DNA from: Spirogloea muscicola
Lineage: Eukaryota
DNA length: 35,055 bases
Direction: 5' to 3'
NCBI GenBank assembly: GCA_009602725.1
Contig: WELB01000002.1
Location: 581,112 to 616,166, forward strand
Below, piece by piece: positions 11,728 through 23,008 of this stretch. The position numbers and the translations under genes are program-made. The first letter of the stretch is position 1; each line of letters begins with the position of its first letter. The notes beneath the pieces were generated by a model. It was not told where the DNA came from. It searched no databases and was given only the letters and a program-made list of their open reading frames with translations.

Positions 11728-14700
11728 TCGGACCTGATCTTCACGGGCTCCGGCACGAGCGAGGGCGTGCCGCGCGTCAGCTGCCTCACCGACCCCCGCC
11801 GCGCCTGCCAGGTGAGCGCTGCAGCTGGCGGCCATGGCCCTCGGAGGCAGCGGCCCTGAGCCCCCGCGGTTATTACACCGTTAACATCAATCACTTGTTA
11901 ACGATCTCTGTACGTAACTCATTCACAATGCCAATAATCTGCAAGCTCAGTGTTGGTCTTCCATTGTAGCGATCTGAGCGGTCATGGATGGCAATAACCG
12001 TGAAACAATCTCATCCCGGCGCTCAAGCCATCATGTATTCAGACAAGCTCATAACTTGATTGGGCTTGTTGGGCTGCGCTCGGCCTGCAGGTCTGCTGGG
12101 CTGCGACGCTGCCCGGGAACCGCAACCGCCGGCGCAACACCGGCCTCCTGCTGCGCTTCGCGCACCCCGACGGCCGCGCCCGCAACATCCTCGTCGACGT
12201 CGGCAAGTGGGTCTTTGCCGCAGGGGACCTGCGCCGGCTGCGCCTCCTCGGCTCATGCCCGCCGGATCGAGCGAGAGCCCAGTAGCTGACGTCGTCAAGG
12301 TGACGCCGTCAAGGTGGTCCTCACGCCTGCGGTTGCACTCTCCCCGGTCCCTGCCTGCCCCGCAGGTTCTTCTACCACAGCGCCATGCAGTGGTTCCCTT
12401 ATCACGGGTGCGTCCTGCCAGGTGCTCATCCACGGCCGGTCGGCCAGCTGCTAAGCACTGCGGGTTTGAACGAAGCTCTGCCTCGGTCGACTCCGAGTTG
12501 TGTCAAGGGTTGATTGGACTGATTCAGATGCAAACATGCAATTAGAGGTCAGGGCTTAGCTCGTGAGATCCTGGGTAGGACTAGAAGCAGCCTGGACTTG
12601 AGCACTTACTTGCCAACACCAACCGAGACCCTTGATTCACTTGAACTTAGGCTCTGAGTGTCCAATGCAACTTGAGAGAAGCCGCCAAAATTGCCTGCCT
12701 GCTCTAATTGTGGTATTCTTGATGCCCTCTGCTCGCTCCGCAGGGTGCGGCAGCTGGATGCCGTCATCATCACGCACTCACATGCTGACGCGATGGGAGG
12801 CAAGCCTCCTGCCAACACCTGGGTGCACTCAGATCCTAAACATAAGCTCACACCCACAACTGTAAACTCTGCCTTGCTAATCTACATAATCCTGGTGAGT
12901 CATTCTAGTGTTGTCTGAAGTAAATGGGGGCATGCAGTCAAGTAGCATCTAGACTTTGTCCTGTCTTCACCATTAAGAAAGTTAGGCAGGTCGGCCAATC
13001 CTGGAGTCCTCAGCTCAGTACCTGAAGTAGCGCCTAGCCCAGGCTCCAGTTGGAGCCAGTCGCCACTGCGAGTCTGGCGGCCAACGCGTTCACCAATGCT
13101 GCCCCGTCAGGCTCCCCCTCCCCCTGGCAGGGCTGGACGACCTCCGGGACTGGACGAACAACGTGCAGGACAGCGTGCCGATCTACATCACGGCTCGGGA
13201 CCTAGAGGTGAGTATGTCCCCTGTTCACAATGCTTGCTCCAATATTTAATATGAAAGACTTGGTAAGAGTCTTGTAAGCTTTGTGGTTGGTGACCTTTGG
13301 GATCAAAGAGAGTGAAGAAGCAATGAATGGCAGACTACTTTTTGTCAGGACCTATGAGGACTGCAGATGATGAGAAATTTGTCAGCATGCAGGTCCCTTG
13401 CTATGGTAAATTAAAAGTTCCTCAGCACTTGTGCACACGCCTGTCCCAGGTGGCAGCCAAGACGCACTACTACCTTGTCGACACCAGCCAGGTGACGCCG
13501 GGCACGGCGGTCTCCACGATCCGCTTTGAGGTCATCACTGAGGAGGCTTTTGTGGTTGAGGACCTCCTAGTGAGCACCTTCTTACCATGCCCGTCACCCA
13601 ATTTCTAAGCTGTTAATTTGTATGAACTTGATATCAGACCTACACAAATGCCAGTTAAAGAACTCAAGCATGCAGGTGCTGATCCCAATCAAAAAGGTGA
13701 TGCACCTCATTTAGCAGCCACAATATGCATGCCATGGTACTGGACCAGGAAGAGCGGTAGCCAGCCAGTTTGAGTGGTCGAGCTTTTGAGGCCAATGTGA
13801 CGGTGACGTTGGAGTTTACGTTGGGTTTGGCTTCAACAATGCTTTTGCTGTTGGCTCCGCCATCACCTGAGTGTGCCCCTGTGGCAGGTCACGCCCCTCC
13901 CAGTATGGCATGGCAAGGGCTACCGGTCCCTTGGATTTCGCTTCGGCAATGTCTGTTACATCAGGTGCCTGCAGGATGGAACCAAGCCCATTGTGGATAA
14001 GAATGAACAAATTGTTAACGAGAATTTGGTTGGTCTGATTCCAAGTCGACAGGTTCTTGACTAAACATATGGTGTTACTAGACATGGTAGTGTGAGAGGT
14101 TCCTTTCATTTCCGCCAAATGTAGGCAGTTCCAGTCTGACCCCTTGTACATGACGAGCATTGCCTGTTAGATAATCAATTAGACTTGACACAGATTCTTG
14201 CACTTTTTGAGGTTTTGCTTGGACTCATATAGGTGTGAGAGATTCCCTGGAAACCTGACGTGCAACAAGAAGTTGATCCCTGATCTTAAGTAATCGCTGA
14301 CGCGGTCACCGCGGCCTGTGCAGCGATGCAAGCGAGATCCCGGAGAAAACCTACCCGCTCCTGCACAACTGCGACCTCCTGATCCTGGTCTGCCACTCGA
14401 CTCACCGCCCTTCATGCAATGAGTGTCGTTCACTGGTCTTGCTGCATGTCGTGCCCTCTATACGTAATGAATACACCAGTCTTGTCAGCTACATCTCACT
14501 GCAATATTGTTTGTTCATTCCATATCGATTATTCATTGAAGACGTAGTTGCTGGGCACAACGGCCTGTTGCTCTGTTCAGTTACTGCAGAGCTCAAAGCA
14601 TCACTTAGTGATTCTTGATTCATGCATTCACTTTGTACTAGATACATGGTCGTTATCATCAATGCAAACACCAGCAGCAACGTCTGAGGTAATGGGCGCC

Positions 14701-15539
14701 AGAGCTGTCCCCTACAAATGTGGCAATGCGCTTGCTCATGCAATCCTGACATGTCTCCTACGGACCGCTGGCAGGACGCCCTGCGGCCCGACCGCTCCAG
14801 CTCGACGCACTTCGGCCTGCCTGAAGTGAGTAGTGCCCCAGACTCGCAAGAGGCTCTCTGTGCCTGCTCAAGTTGCACCTTAGGCAGTTATATGCATTCG
14901 GTTAGGGTTAGAGCGTAGGGTTTAGGGTTTAGGGTCTAAGTAATTGGGATGTTAAGGTTAGGAGTTAGATAGAGTTCAGGGTCTAGGGGTTTAGGTGCAT
15001 TTTTGCCCTGCCATGCAATTCAGGTCTGCAAGTCGGTCGATTGCTCGCTTACTCTTGCCAGCCGCATGCTAACGTGCACTGCTGCATTCGCAGGCGCTGG
15101 ACGAGGTTCGCAAGATCCGGCCCCGGAAGACCCTCTTCACAGGTATGCACTCCAATGCAATCCTGTCCTGTATTCTCTTCGAGCTCGCGAGCGCCGCTTT
15201 TGGCAGGCGCGGCTGCGGCTTAGGAGGATGACCGTCTTAGCAGACGGGAGACGCCTGTGATCATCGAATCTGGATCAAGGTAGACGATGTGACGTAGAGA
15301 AGCAAAAAAGCTTCACCACGAAGAAGAGCTTCAGCATTTGAGGGTTCTCAGCACACTTGAGTCAGTGATTCGTCTTTGGCCCGCTTTGTGGGGCAGGCAT
15401 GATGCACCTCATGGATCATGACAAGGTGAACGCGGAGCTGGCGGCGCTGCGGTCCGCCGAGGGGCTTGATTGCGAGCTCAGCCATGACGGAATGCGCGTC
15501 CCAGTGAAGTTGGAGGTGGGACGGGGTTCCACTCTTTGA
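11698..15539 (+). CDS. PhnP-like metallo-beta-lactamase-fold hydrolase (plant putative hydrolase C777.06c family); about 11 exons, start codon not found
   Basis: Spliced: SDLIFTGSGTSEGVPRVSC...|VC...NRRRNTGLLL...NILVDVGK|FFYHSAMQWFP|LDAVIITHSHADAMG|GLDDLRDW|...|VTPLPVWHG...FGNVCYIS|DASEIP...LLIL|DALRPDRSSSTHFGLPE|ALDEVRKIRPRKTLFTG|MMHLMDH...SHDGMRV; TGA at 15537-15539. Confidence 0.92.
14899..14996 (+). repeat. Degenerate interstitial telomere-like (TTTAGGG/TTAGGG) tract in an intron
   Basis: GGTTAGGGTTAGAGCGTAGGGTTTAGGGTTTAGGGTCTAAG...GGGTCTAGGGGTTTAGG. Confidence 0.75.
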
Positions 15540-15979
15540 CTTGATGGAGTGACAGCCATGCATGTAGTATTTACGAATCCATTTGTGTGCGGCTGCGTAT
15601 CGGGTGCAAGAGTGTGGGCCCGCATTGGGCCCCATTATGATGGTTTGCGGGCCTTGAAGATGCTCGTAAGGGCACCCGCCAAGGGAAGCGTCCAATTGGA
15701 GCTTCTTGAGCTTACTGAGAGTTCATAACCGATCCATGTGTGGCAGCGAGATGCCAAGAGGATGACGTTCCATTTTGGGTTATGGGTTAGGGTTTCGGGT
15801 TTAAAGCCCTCCCTCCTCGCCCAGACACAGTCCAACTCTGACGGGTGCCACGACCACTGTTTAGTTGGCCTTCCTCGGGTTCCTAGATTTCCCAACTTGC
15901 TGGTGCAAAGCATGAGCCTGAGCGCGCTGCAAACAGGTGGACACACAATGGCGCAAGAACGACTGATATGCGGGCGCTC

Positions 15980-16595
15980 TGAAAAGCCAGCCCAGAGAAG
16001 ATGGACAAGGTCCAAAGGGCTGGATGTCGCTAACTCCACAAGCTATGCAAGTGGCTAAAGAGGGAAGGCGCGCGGTGCGCATGAAATTGAATGGGAGGCC
16101 AATTCTAGCCTTACAAATGTCATGTTAACTGGGTAATGAGCTGGCTAAGGGGGACACTAATATACCCGAGAGAGCACATGCATATCTGACAAGCTATACT
16201 GAGGCGCTGAAGCAGATGGGAGCCTAGAAGAAACAGCTCCTCCAGATTGACAGCGATGGCTGTGACAGGCCAGCCCAGAGGAACGTACAAGGTCCGGAAA
16301 ACCGCTCGTCCAAGTTGACAGCGATGGCTGTGTTTGCCAGCCCCTCTTCTCTATGAGCGAGCCCTTTCTTGTTTTGGGCTGGCTTTTTCTTCTGTGAGAG
16401 GCCAGCCCAAAGGAATGAACAAAGGACTGAAAGGGCCGGACGCTGGTCTCCAAGGCGTCAGCAAGTGGGCGCTCAATAATTTCTAGTCAGCAATTGCAGA
16501 TTGGAATTCTGAGTTAAACAGTGACTCCGAGTCAGCAGCTGCAAGTCGAGAGAATGCGGCTGCTGATATGGAAAGAAGAAAGTGCTCGCCCATAT
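15980..16595. repeat. Cluster of dispersed modular repeat copies in mixed orientation
   Basis: 16231-16294 aligns without gaps to 33880-33943. 16333-16370 matches 34496-34532. Further cores at ~15985, ~16375 (-) and ~16400. AAGAAAGTGCTCGCCCAT occurs at ~16576. Confidence 0.85.
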
Positions 16596-16754
16596 CGCTC
16601 GCTGATATGGAAAGAGCGGCAAATTTAAGTGCAGCTGGCCATAATGGACGACAGGCTGCCTCACATTGATAAAACAGAATGCATTGTGGCGGGAACTGGT
16701 TTCGAACTCCCGCGGTGTCAAGTTGCAGGAGCGGCTCCCGCGCCGTCTCGCTCA

Positions 16755-16756
<2 letters not shown>

Positions 16757-16851
<95 letters not shown>

Positions 16852-17080
16852 CCTCTCTCNNNNNNNNNNNNNNNNNNNNNNNNNNNNNNNNNNNNNNNNN
16901 NNNNNNNNNNNNNNNNNNNNNNNNNNNNNNNNNNNNNNNNNNNNNNNNNNNNNNNNNNNNNNNNNNNNNNNNNNNNNNNNNNNNNNNNNNNNNNNNNNNN
17001 NNNNNNNNNNNNNNNNNNNNNNNNNNNNNNNNNNNNNNNNNNNNNNNNNNNNNNNNNNNNNNNNNNNNNNNNNNNNNNNN

Positions 17081-17146
<66 letters not shown>
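16757..17146. repeat. (CT)n and (GA)n microsatellites flanking an assembly gap (N 16860-17080)
   Basis: About 100 bp of CT repeat, then the N run, then about 65 bp of GA repeat. Confidence 0.95.
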
Positions 17147-17148
<2 letters not shown>

Positions 17149-17280
17149 AGATGGGAGATGGGGAGGAAGCAGTCAATGGTGGAGCAGGGTGAGGGGCACC
17201 GCAGCTTGTCAGCATAGTCGAAGGCGTCAAGGGAGGCTGGCTCTCAGTTTCACCACCTTGCAGTCACTCGCCCAGCAGAG

Positions 17281-19551
17281 ATGGAGCAGCTGCCAGTGTT
17301 CGACCTCGCCGACTTCCTGGCGGGGCCCGCCGGCACGTCGCCGCCGCCGGGCAGCTCCGTGGAGGCGCAGTGCGGCGCGCTGGCGGCGTGCCTGGCGGAG
17401 GCCGGCGCGCTAGTCGTGCGCGACCCCCGGGCGAGCGCCGCCGACAACCGCCGCTTCCTGGACATCATGGAGGCCTACTTCGGGCAGGAGGACGCCGCCA
17501 AGCGGCGCCAGGCCCGGCCGAGCCTCCACTACCAGGTGGGCGCAACGCCGGACGGCGTGGAGACGCCGCGGTCCGCCGTCGACCCGGAGCTGCGCGCCGC
17601 CATGGCCGCCGCGGCGCCGCCCCACTGCCCCGCGCTGCCCTCTGGCGCCGACCCCAAGTGGCGCTACATGTGGCGCGTCGGCCCCCGCCCGGCCATCACG
17701 CGCTTCCAGGTCCCACCCACCTCCTACTCTCACAATGCAACCCCCTTTCCTTGTCACCTCCTTCCGCGATTGCCGCTGTCGTCGCTGCCTGCCAACCGCC
17801 GAGCCGCTGTGCTGCAGGAGCTCAACGCGGAGCCTGTTGTGCCCGACGGCTTCCCGGACTGGGAGGTGGTCATGGACACGTGGGGTGCCAAGATGATAGC
17901 TGCCGTCGAGGTGGGCGCCTCCCTCCTCCCTCCCTCCTCCCCGAAAGCTGGGCGAGCTCTGGTTGGTGGCAGAAGGGCTCAAGTTTTGCCATCTGGTATC
18001 CAGGAATCGGTTAGCGACCTTTATGTGTTGACCCATTGTTACTGAGCGGGACAAATTGCAGTGGATAATGTACGTCATGAGATGTGCTTGCCAGTGTACT
18101 TAGCCAATATGGATTATTACAAAACGCGCAAGTTATCCTCCTACCTCTCCTCGTCCAACCTTGCTTTCCTTAGTTGTATCCTTAACTGCATTCTTAACTG
18201 CATCCTGATCTTTTAGTGCCGCCTCTTCCCCATCCCACCCTCCCACTCCAACCGACTTTCTCGCATCAGGCCGTCGCGGAGATGGCGGCGCTTGGCTTCG
18301 GCCTCCAGCGCACCGCCTTCACGTCGCTCATGAAGCAGGTGCATTACCCCTGAACCCTTTATTTGCATTCCACAGATAACCATGATTTTGCAATGATCCC
18401 AATTGAGATGCAAACCTCAGTATCGTGCTTAGCCTCATACATCCCTGCAACACCAATACACCTTGTTCTTAAGCTCTTAAGATGCCTATAACGTGCGCAG
18501 GCAATGCAGCTGTACAGCGCTGCCCGGCGCAACGCCTGATGCCGGCGCCGTGTCCATTGTGCTGCGGCGCAGGGGCCGCACCTGCTGGCCCCCACGGGGA
18601 GCGACCTCGCACGGCCGGGCGCCCCAGTCGGCCTCGCGCCACTTGGCACAGTCTTCGCCGGCTACCACTACGACCTCAACTTCCTCACCATCCATGGCGC
18701 GAGCCGCTTTCCGGGCCTCCATATCTGGCTGCGCAACGGCCGCCGCCTCGCCGTTGCCGTGCCTGCCGGATGCCTCCTCGTGCAGGCTGGCAAGCAGGTG
18801 CACACTGCTTTTGCGCAGCCCTCTATGCACAATCCTGTTAGTTAATAACTACTGCGATGGTGGGTTCTTTGCTTAACCGTTAATGTGATTCACTTAGTGA
18901 TGCTCTACTAGACGAGGGTTCTTACGTGCAACAAGAGGCTCGCTCTTGTAATATCCCGCGGCTATGGCTGCCCATTACTGGCGCCGCCGCAGCTGGAGTG
19001 GCTGACCGGGGGCGAGGTGCTCGCGGGCTGGCACGAGGTTGTCATGACCGACGCAGGCCGAGCTGCTGCTGTCGCTGCAGCTGCCGCAGGCCGCAGCCTC
19101 TGGCGTGTATCCTCCACGGTTAGCGCCTAACCGCCAGTTAAGGACAAGCGCCGCTACCGCCACACAGCCGGTTAAGTTCTAATTATTTATTTATTCATTT
19201 ATATCATAAACATGGCTGTTGCAGGTCTTCGGCCACATTGCGTCCGATACCTTGCTGCGGCCGCTGGGCCACTTTGCCGCGGCGCCCGGCGCGGCGCACT
19301 ACCCGCCCGTACTCGCCGGCGATTTTGTCGAGGCAGAGCTTGCTGCCATCAACCTCAAGGGCGAGCCGGCGGCCGCTGCGGCTCCTCCCTCTGCCACTGT
19401 GCCAACCTGCACGATGGCGACGGTCACAGCAGCTGCAGACAAGGCCCCGGTTGTCAAGGACGACAGTGGCCGCTGCCCCAACAACGGCGGCGGCTACAGA
19501 GCCGCAGCGGCAGCTGCATCCATTCTGACTGAGGCCAATCGGGCCTTCTAA
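17281..19551 (+). CDS. 2-oxoglutarate/Fe(II)-dependent dioxygenase (At5g48020-like); 6 exons
   Basis: Exons ~17281-17709, 17818-17910, 18270-18338, 18573-18797, 18993-19118, 19225-19551. Motifs GALVVRDPR, HYQVGATP, GADPKWRYMWRVGPRP, GPHLLAPTG, FAGYHYDLNFLTIHG (HxD), WHEVV (distal His), WRVSST (RxS). Confidence 0.92.
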
Positions 19552-19600
19552 GGATTAGGGTTTCGAGTTTAGGGTTTATGGGGTTTAGGGTTTATAGGGC
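19552..19600 (+). repeat. Telomere-like TTTAGGG tract directly after the stop codon
   Basis: GGATTAGGGTTTCGAGTTTAGGGTTTATGGGGTTTAGGGTTTATAGGG. Confidence 0.75.
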
Positions 19601-20063
19601 AATCGGGCCCTCTAGATAATTGGTGCCTCTGCACCATCCTCGCATTAATCCCACACGATCTTCCGCTGCCTTGCTGCGCCGAGCGATTTTGCGGTGGCAG
19701 GCCTGACCGCAGCGGCAGCTGCAACTTGCGCCGATTGTTGATGCCACTGGAGAGTGGCAAGTCGTGGTTGTAATTTGTACATAGGGCGCTTGATAAGCGG
19801 AGCACTTGCTAAGGTCAAGCAGCCATGGAGGCACGAAGGCTTCCAACAACTGAAGTTTAATAAACAATATCGACAAGCTTGACACCAAGCTGTACAGAGT
19901 ACACAGATGGCAACTACTGCTAAAAGCTTAACACCAAGATGTACCAAATACACAGATAAGGATATTTGCCACATTCTGCTTATGTACTGGCGAGTTTTTG
20001 ACATTGACGGCTCGCACTTTCACTGGATCTCAACCTCGAAGGCCCACAAGTGCCGCCTCTGCA

Positions 20064-20271
20064 TTACCGCAGCCAACTGTGTCTGGCCATGGGATGCCGC
20101 GATTGCCAGGAGTTGCCGTCGTCGGTGGTCGCGTCGGGTGGCTGAGAGCCGCCCTGCCAGAGCTCAGCGTCGCGCTCGGAGTCGGCCGCCGAGCTGCGCA
20201 CCCGCGCCTGCGCCTCCAGCGCCAGCTCCAACGCCCGTCCGGCGCGCTCGACCTCCGCAACGAGCGCCACC
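20064..20271 (-). other. Orphan GC-rich coding-like 3' segment left of a single-N join
   Basis: Open frame VALVAEVERAGRALELALEAQARVRSS...HSWLR* with exon-like composition. It does not resemble the CAP-H C-terminus as I recall it. Confidence 0.4.
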
Positions 20272-20375
20272 NAGACATCGCTGGCCAGGACCGGCTGCGA
20301 TGAACGGCGGCGGCGAGCCCCCGCAGGCGGCACTTGGACAGCGGAGTCCAGACTGGTGGCTGTGGGAGCTCGCAC

Positions 20376-21273
20376 CTTCTTGGAGAACTTGCGCTTTGCG
20401 CCAGACTCGTTGTCGTCCTCGCCAGAGCCGTCGCCGTCGCCGTCGCCGTCACCGTCGCCGTCACCGTCGCCGTCGCCGGCTAGCGAGCACGACACCAAAG
20501 GCCGCCGTGGCAAGTCGATGGCCTCAGATGATGCCACGCACAGTTGGTCTGGCGAAAGCACGACGACCGACAAACGAGGACCAGCGGCGCTGACCTTCCT
20601 CCGGGGCCGGGCCAGCCGCCGAGCGGTTGAGCGCGCTGAGGACCTTGTACGTCTCCGAGTGCATCGAGTCGACGCGGTACGAGTAGATCTTCACGCCGGC
20701 CTCCAGCGTGCAGCTGGCCTACCACGACGACATCGCCGCCGCCGCCACCGGGCCTCCATGAGCCTTGCCGCAGGCAGCGTCAATGCCGCCAGCCTTGCAC
20801 ACTGCGTACTACCTGCTGGTGGCCATGGCGCGATGAATGCTGCCGAAAAATTCTGACAGAAATCGGCACACCTTTTGGAAGTTGGTCTGGGCGTCGTCGC
20901 CGTCGTCGCCGCCGAGCACAATCTCGCTGATGTGATCGATCAGCGGCAGGCTCCATGTGTTCTTCTGGTTGATCTTCTGCGGCCCGCGTCCCGCCACAGC
21001 GCAGACATGTCACTGACGCGCCGTCCGCTGACCTTGCCGGGAGCAATGGCCATGCAGCCCCAGCCCCTCAAGCAGCACGTCCAAGCCTGCGCTGAGCGGC
21101 AGCGCCCATATGGTGGCAGCACCGCGGCAAAGCTCACTTACGTTCTCCGACGCGAGCTTGATGCAGTTCTGGTACAGCGCCAGGACCTGCTCCCGGCTTA
21201 GGCCGTCGTCTGCGGGCCCCGCCGGCTCGGCGGCGGCAGCGGCGACCGCCTGAGACGCCGCAGCCTCGGCCAT
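20376..21273 (-). CDS. CAPH: Condensin I kleisin subunit (CAP-H/Barren/Cnd2), N-terminal ~155 aa only
   Basis: LSREQVLALYQNCIKLASEN|KINQKNTWSLPLIDH...TNFQK|ASCTLEAGVKIYSYRVDSMHSETYKVL, all with GT-AG junctions. The last donor (20375) is followed by N at 20272. Confidence 0.93.
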
Positions 21274-21730
21274 GGAGCCGAGGAGGGCGGCCTCGCCCAC
21301 GGCGCAGTCGCCGAGGCGGCGCAACCTCGGAGCCGGACTGCAATGGCGGCCCGGAGGACGCCGAGGCAGAGGAAGGACAGCTCGAGCGCAAAAAACCAGA
21401 CGGAACGAGAGGGTGGGGGTTCGAATCCGGGCGCAATTTTCAAACCGGGCCAGCCCCGCGCGCCGCCCTTGACCGTCCGATGCACTGTATCCGGCGGACC
21501 CGGCGGGGTCCTCCGATCGACGGCTGGTGGGGGCCTTCCGGGCCCCCGCGAGAGAGTCGAGCCGTCGATTGGGGACCGGCGCACAATCGACTCGGCTGCC
21601 CGGCCCGGTAAGGAGCACTGGGCTGGAGGCCGTTCGTTCCGGGGCCTCGCATTTGTCCACCGATTCAGCGGGGCAAGGGCAAGGCCCCCCTTTTCTCCTT
21701 GCCAGAGGCAGTCGTCGACGCCGCCGCCAT

Positions 21731-21762
<32 letters not shown>

Positions 21763-23008
21763 CAGCCGCCGCCGTCGGCGGGAGAGGCGGCGTCTGGCGA
21801 CAGTCAGCGCACCGACGCCAGGCTCCGGGCGTCGCCAGCCGTCCGATTCCGATCCCGATCATCGCAGCCGCCCGCGGACCCCCGTTTCAAACTCGAGGCT
21901 GCTGGCGCCGCTCGATCAGTTGCATCTTTTTGGATCGGACGGTTGACTTGACTGTCAGTCAACTAATCGGCTCACTTGTACCTTGATCGCCTAACTACGT
22001 TGTTAGCCTATTGGGTGCGTTGGTCGGGTGTTAGGCTAGTATATCTACTTAGTCGTACATCAGTGAGTGACCGGCTGGTGGTTCATTTCCGCTGTACTTT
22101 TGCGCCTCCCAGACGTGATTATTCCACCAAGTTACGTGTGCCGAAAGGCGATGTACAGCTACATGCAGGCACATGCAGCTTCACTGTGAGACATCCTGTC
22201 ATACTTACTATGCTAGCTGCTAATTTGAGGGGTGCTTGTCCCCGACAATTGAAGTCCGATGATGTACTTGGTCTCTCACGCCCAACGGCTCGTCCGTACA
22301 TGTTAGGTTCTCTCCAGCACTGCTGATGCATGTAACCATCTTCGCACATAGGGAAACTTGTGTCGTAGCGCAGGCCCAGCCACTTGCTTTTGGCAAGGAA
22401 AAGGCTGCAGACGAAAGGTGCCGAGGACCTGAGCCCAGGTCCTCGGAAAAGGCGGATCTCCATCGTCCCCGTATCTGATACAGTCTTGTCTCACTGCTCG
22501 TGGACACTCTGGAAAAGCCGAAGCCTGGATCGCCTCATGAAGGGCTGGGCGTCAATCCGCATGCGACTATCTTATCTTAGATTTAGTTACAGATTTGACT
22601 TTCAGCCATGCTGGCCCGTGCAGCTGAAGGGTCCATTCTCCTCGAGGCCAAGCGCCTTGGTTTGCAGGGTGATAAATGGGTCGAAGTAGTATTGGTGGGG
22701 CTTGCTCGAGCACTGGGTGCTTGCTTTGGCTTCAGGTGCACAAGTGCACATTGTGCACCGTAATCACAAGATTGCCATCTGTATAGAGTGCTTAGCTTGT
22801 CGCAACCAACTCCAGATCAATTAAACAAGCTGGCCCACAAGGTACACTCGGACTGAAACTTACCCCCAAGTCGACTGTATCTGAGAATCTCCCATGACAC
22901 AGATGCTCGGTTTGGGTGACCTCAGCCTCAGAGAGCATGGACGAAATTGTGCAGTCTATGCCAATGTCAGTTAAGAATCGTAACTGCTCCAGCTGCAGCC
23001 ACTTTGCC

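Noticed and set aside
16629..17413. Long ORFs spanning the CT/GA tracts and gap (likewise 29855-30694)
   Set aside because: Artefacts of microsatellites and N runs.
21010..21986. ORFs of 130-216 aa upstream of CAP-H
   Set aside because: GC-rich promoter/UTR sequence with few stops and no recognisable protein.
22130..22160. Group II intron domain V-like hairpin
   Set aside because: No AGC/CGC triad, and the stem geometry around the AC bulge is wrong.
22228..22245. TPP riboswitch (GGGGTGCTTG resembles the plant THIC aptamer 5' arm)
   Set aside because: The CTGAGA and downstream aptamer elements are absent.
22201..22330. U1-like start (ATACTTAC), Sm-like site, or box C/D snoRNA (ATGATG...CTGA)
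   Set aside because: Only short motif matches, with no snRNA body and no convincing rRNA/snRNA guide complementarity that I could identify.
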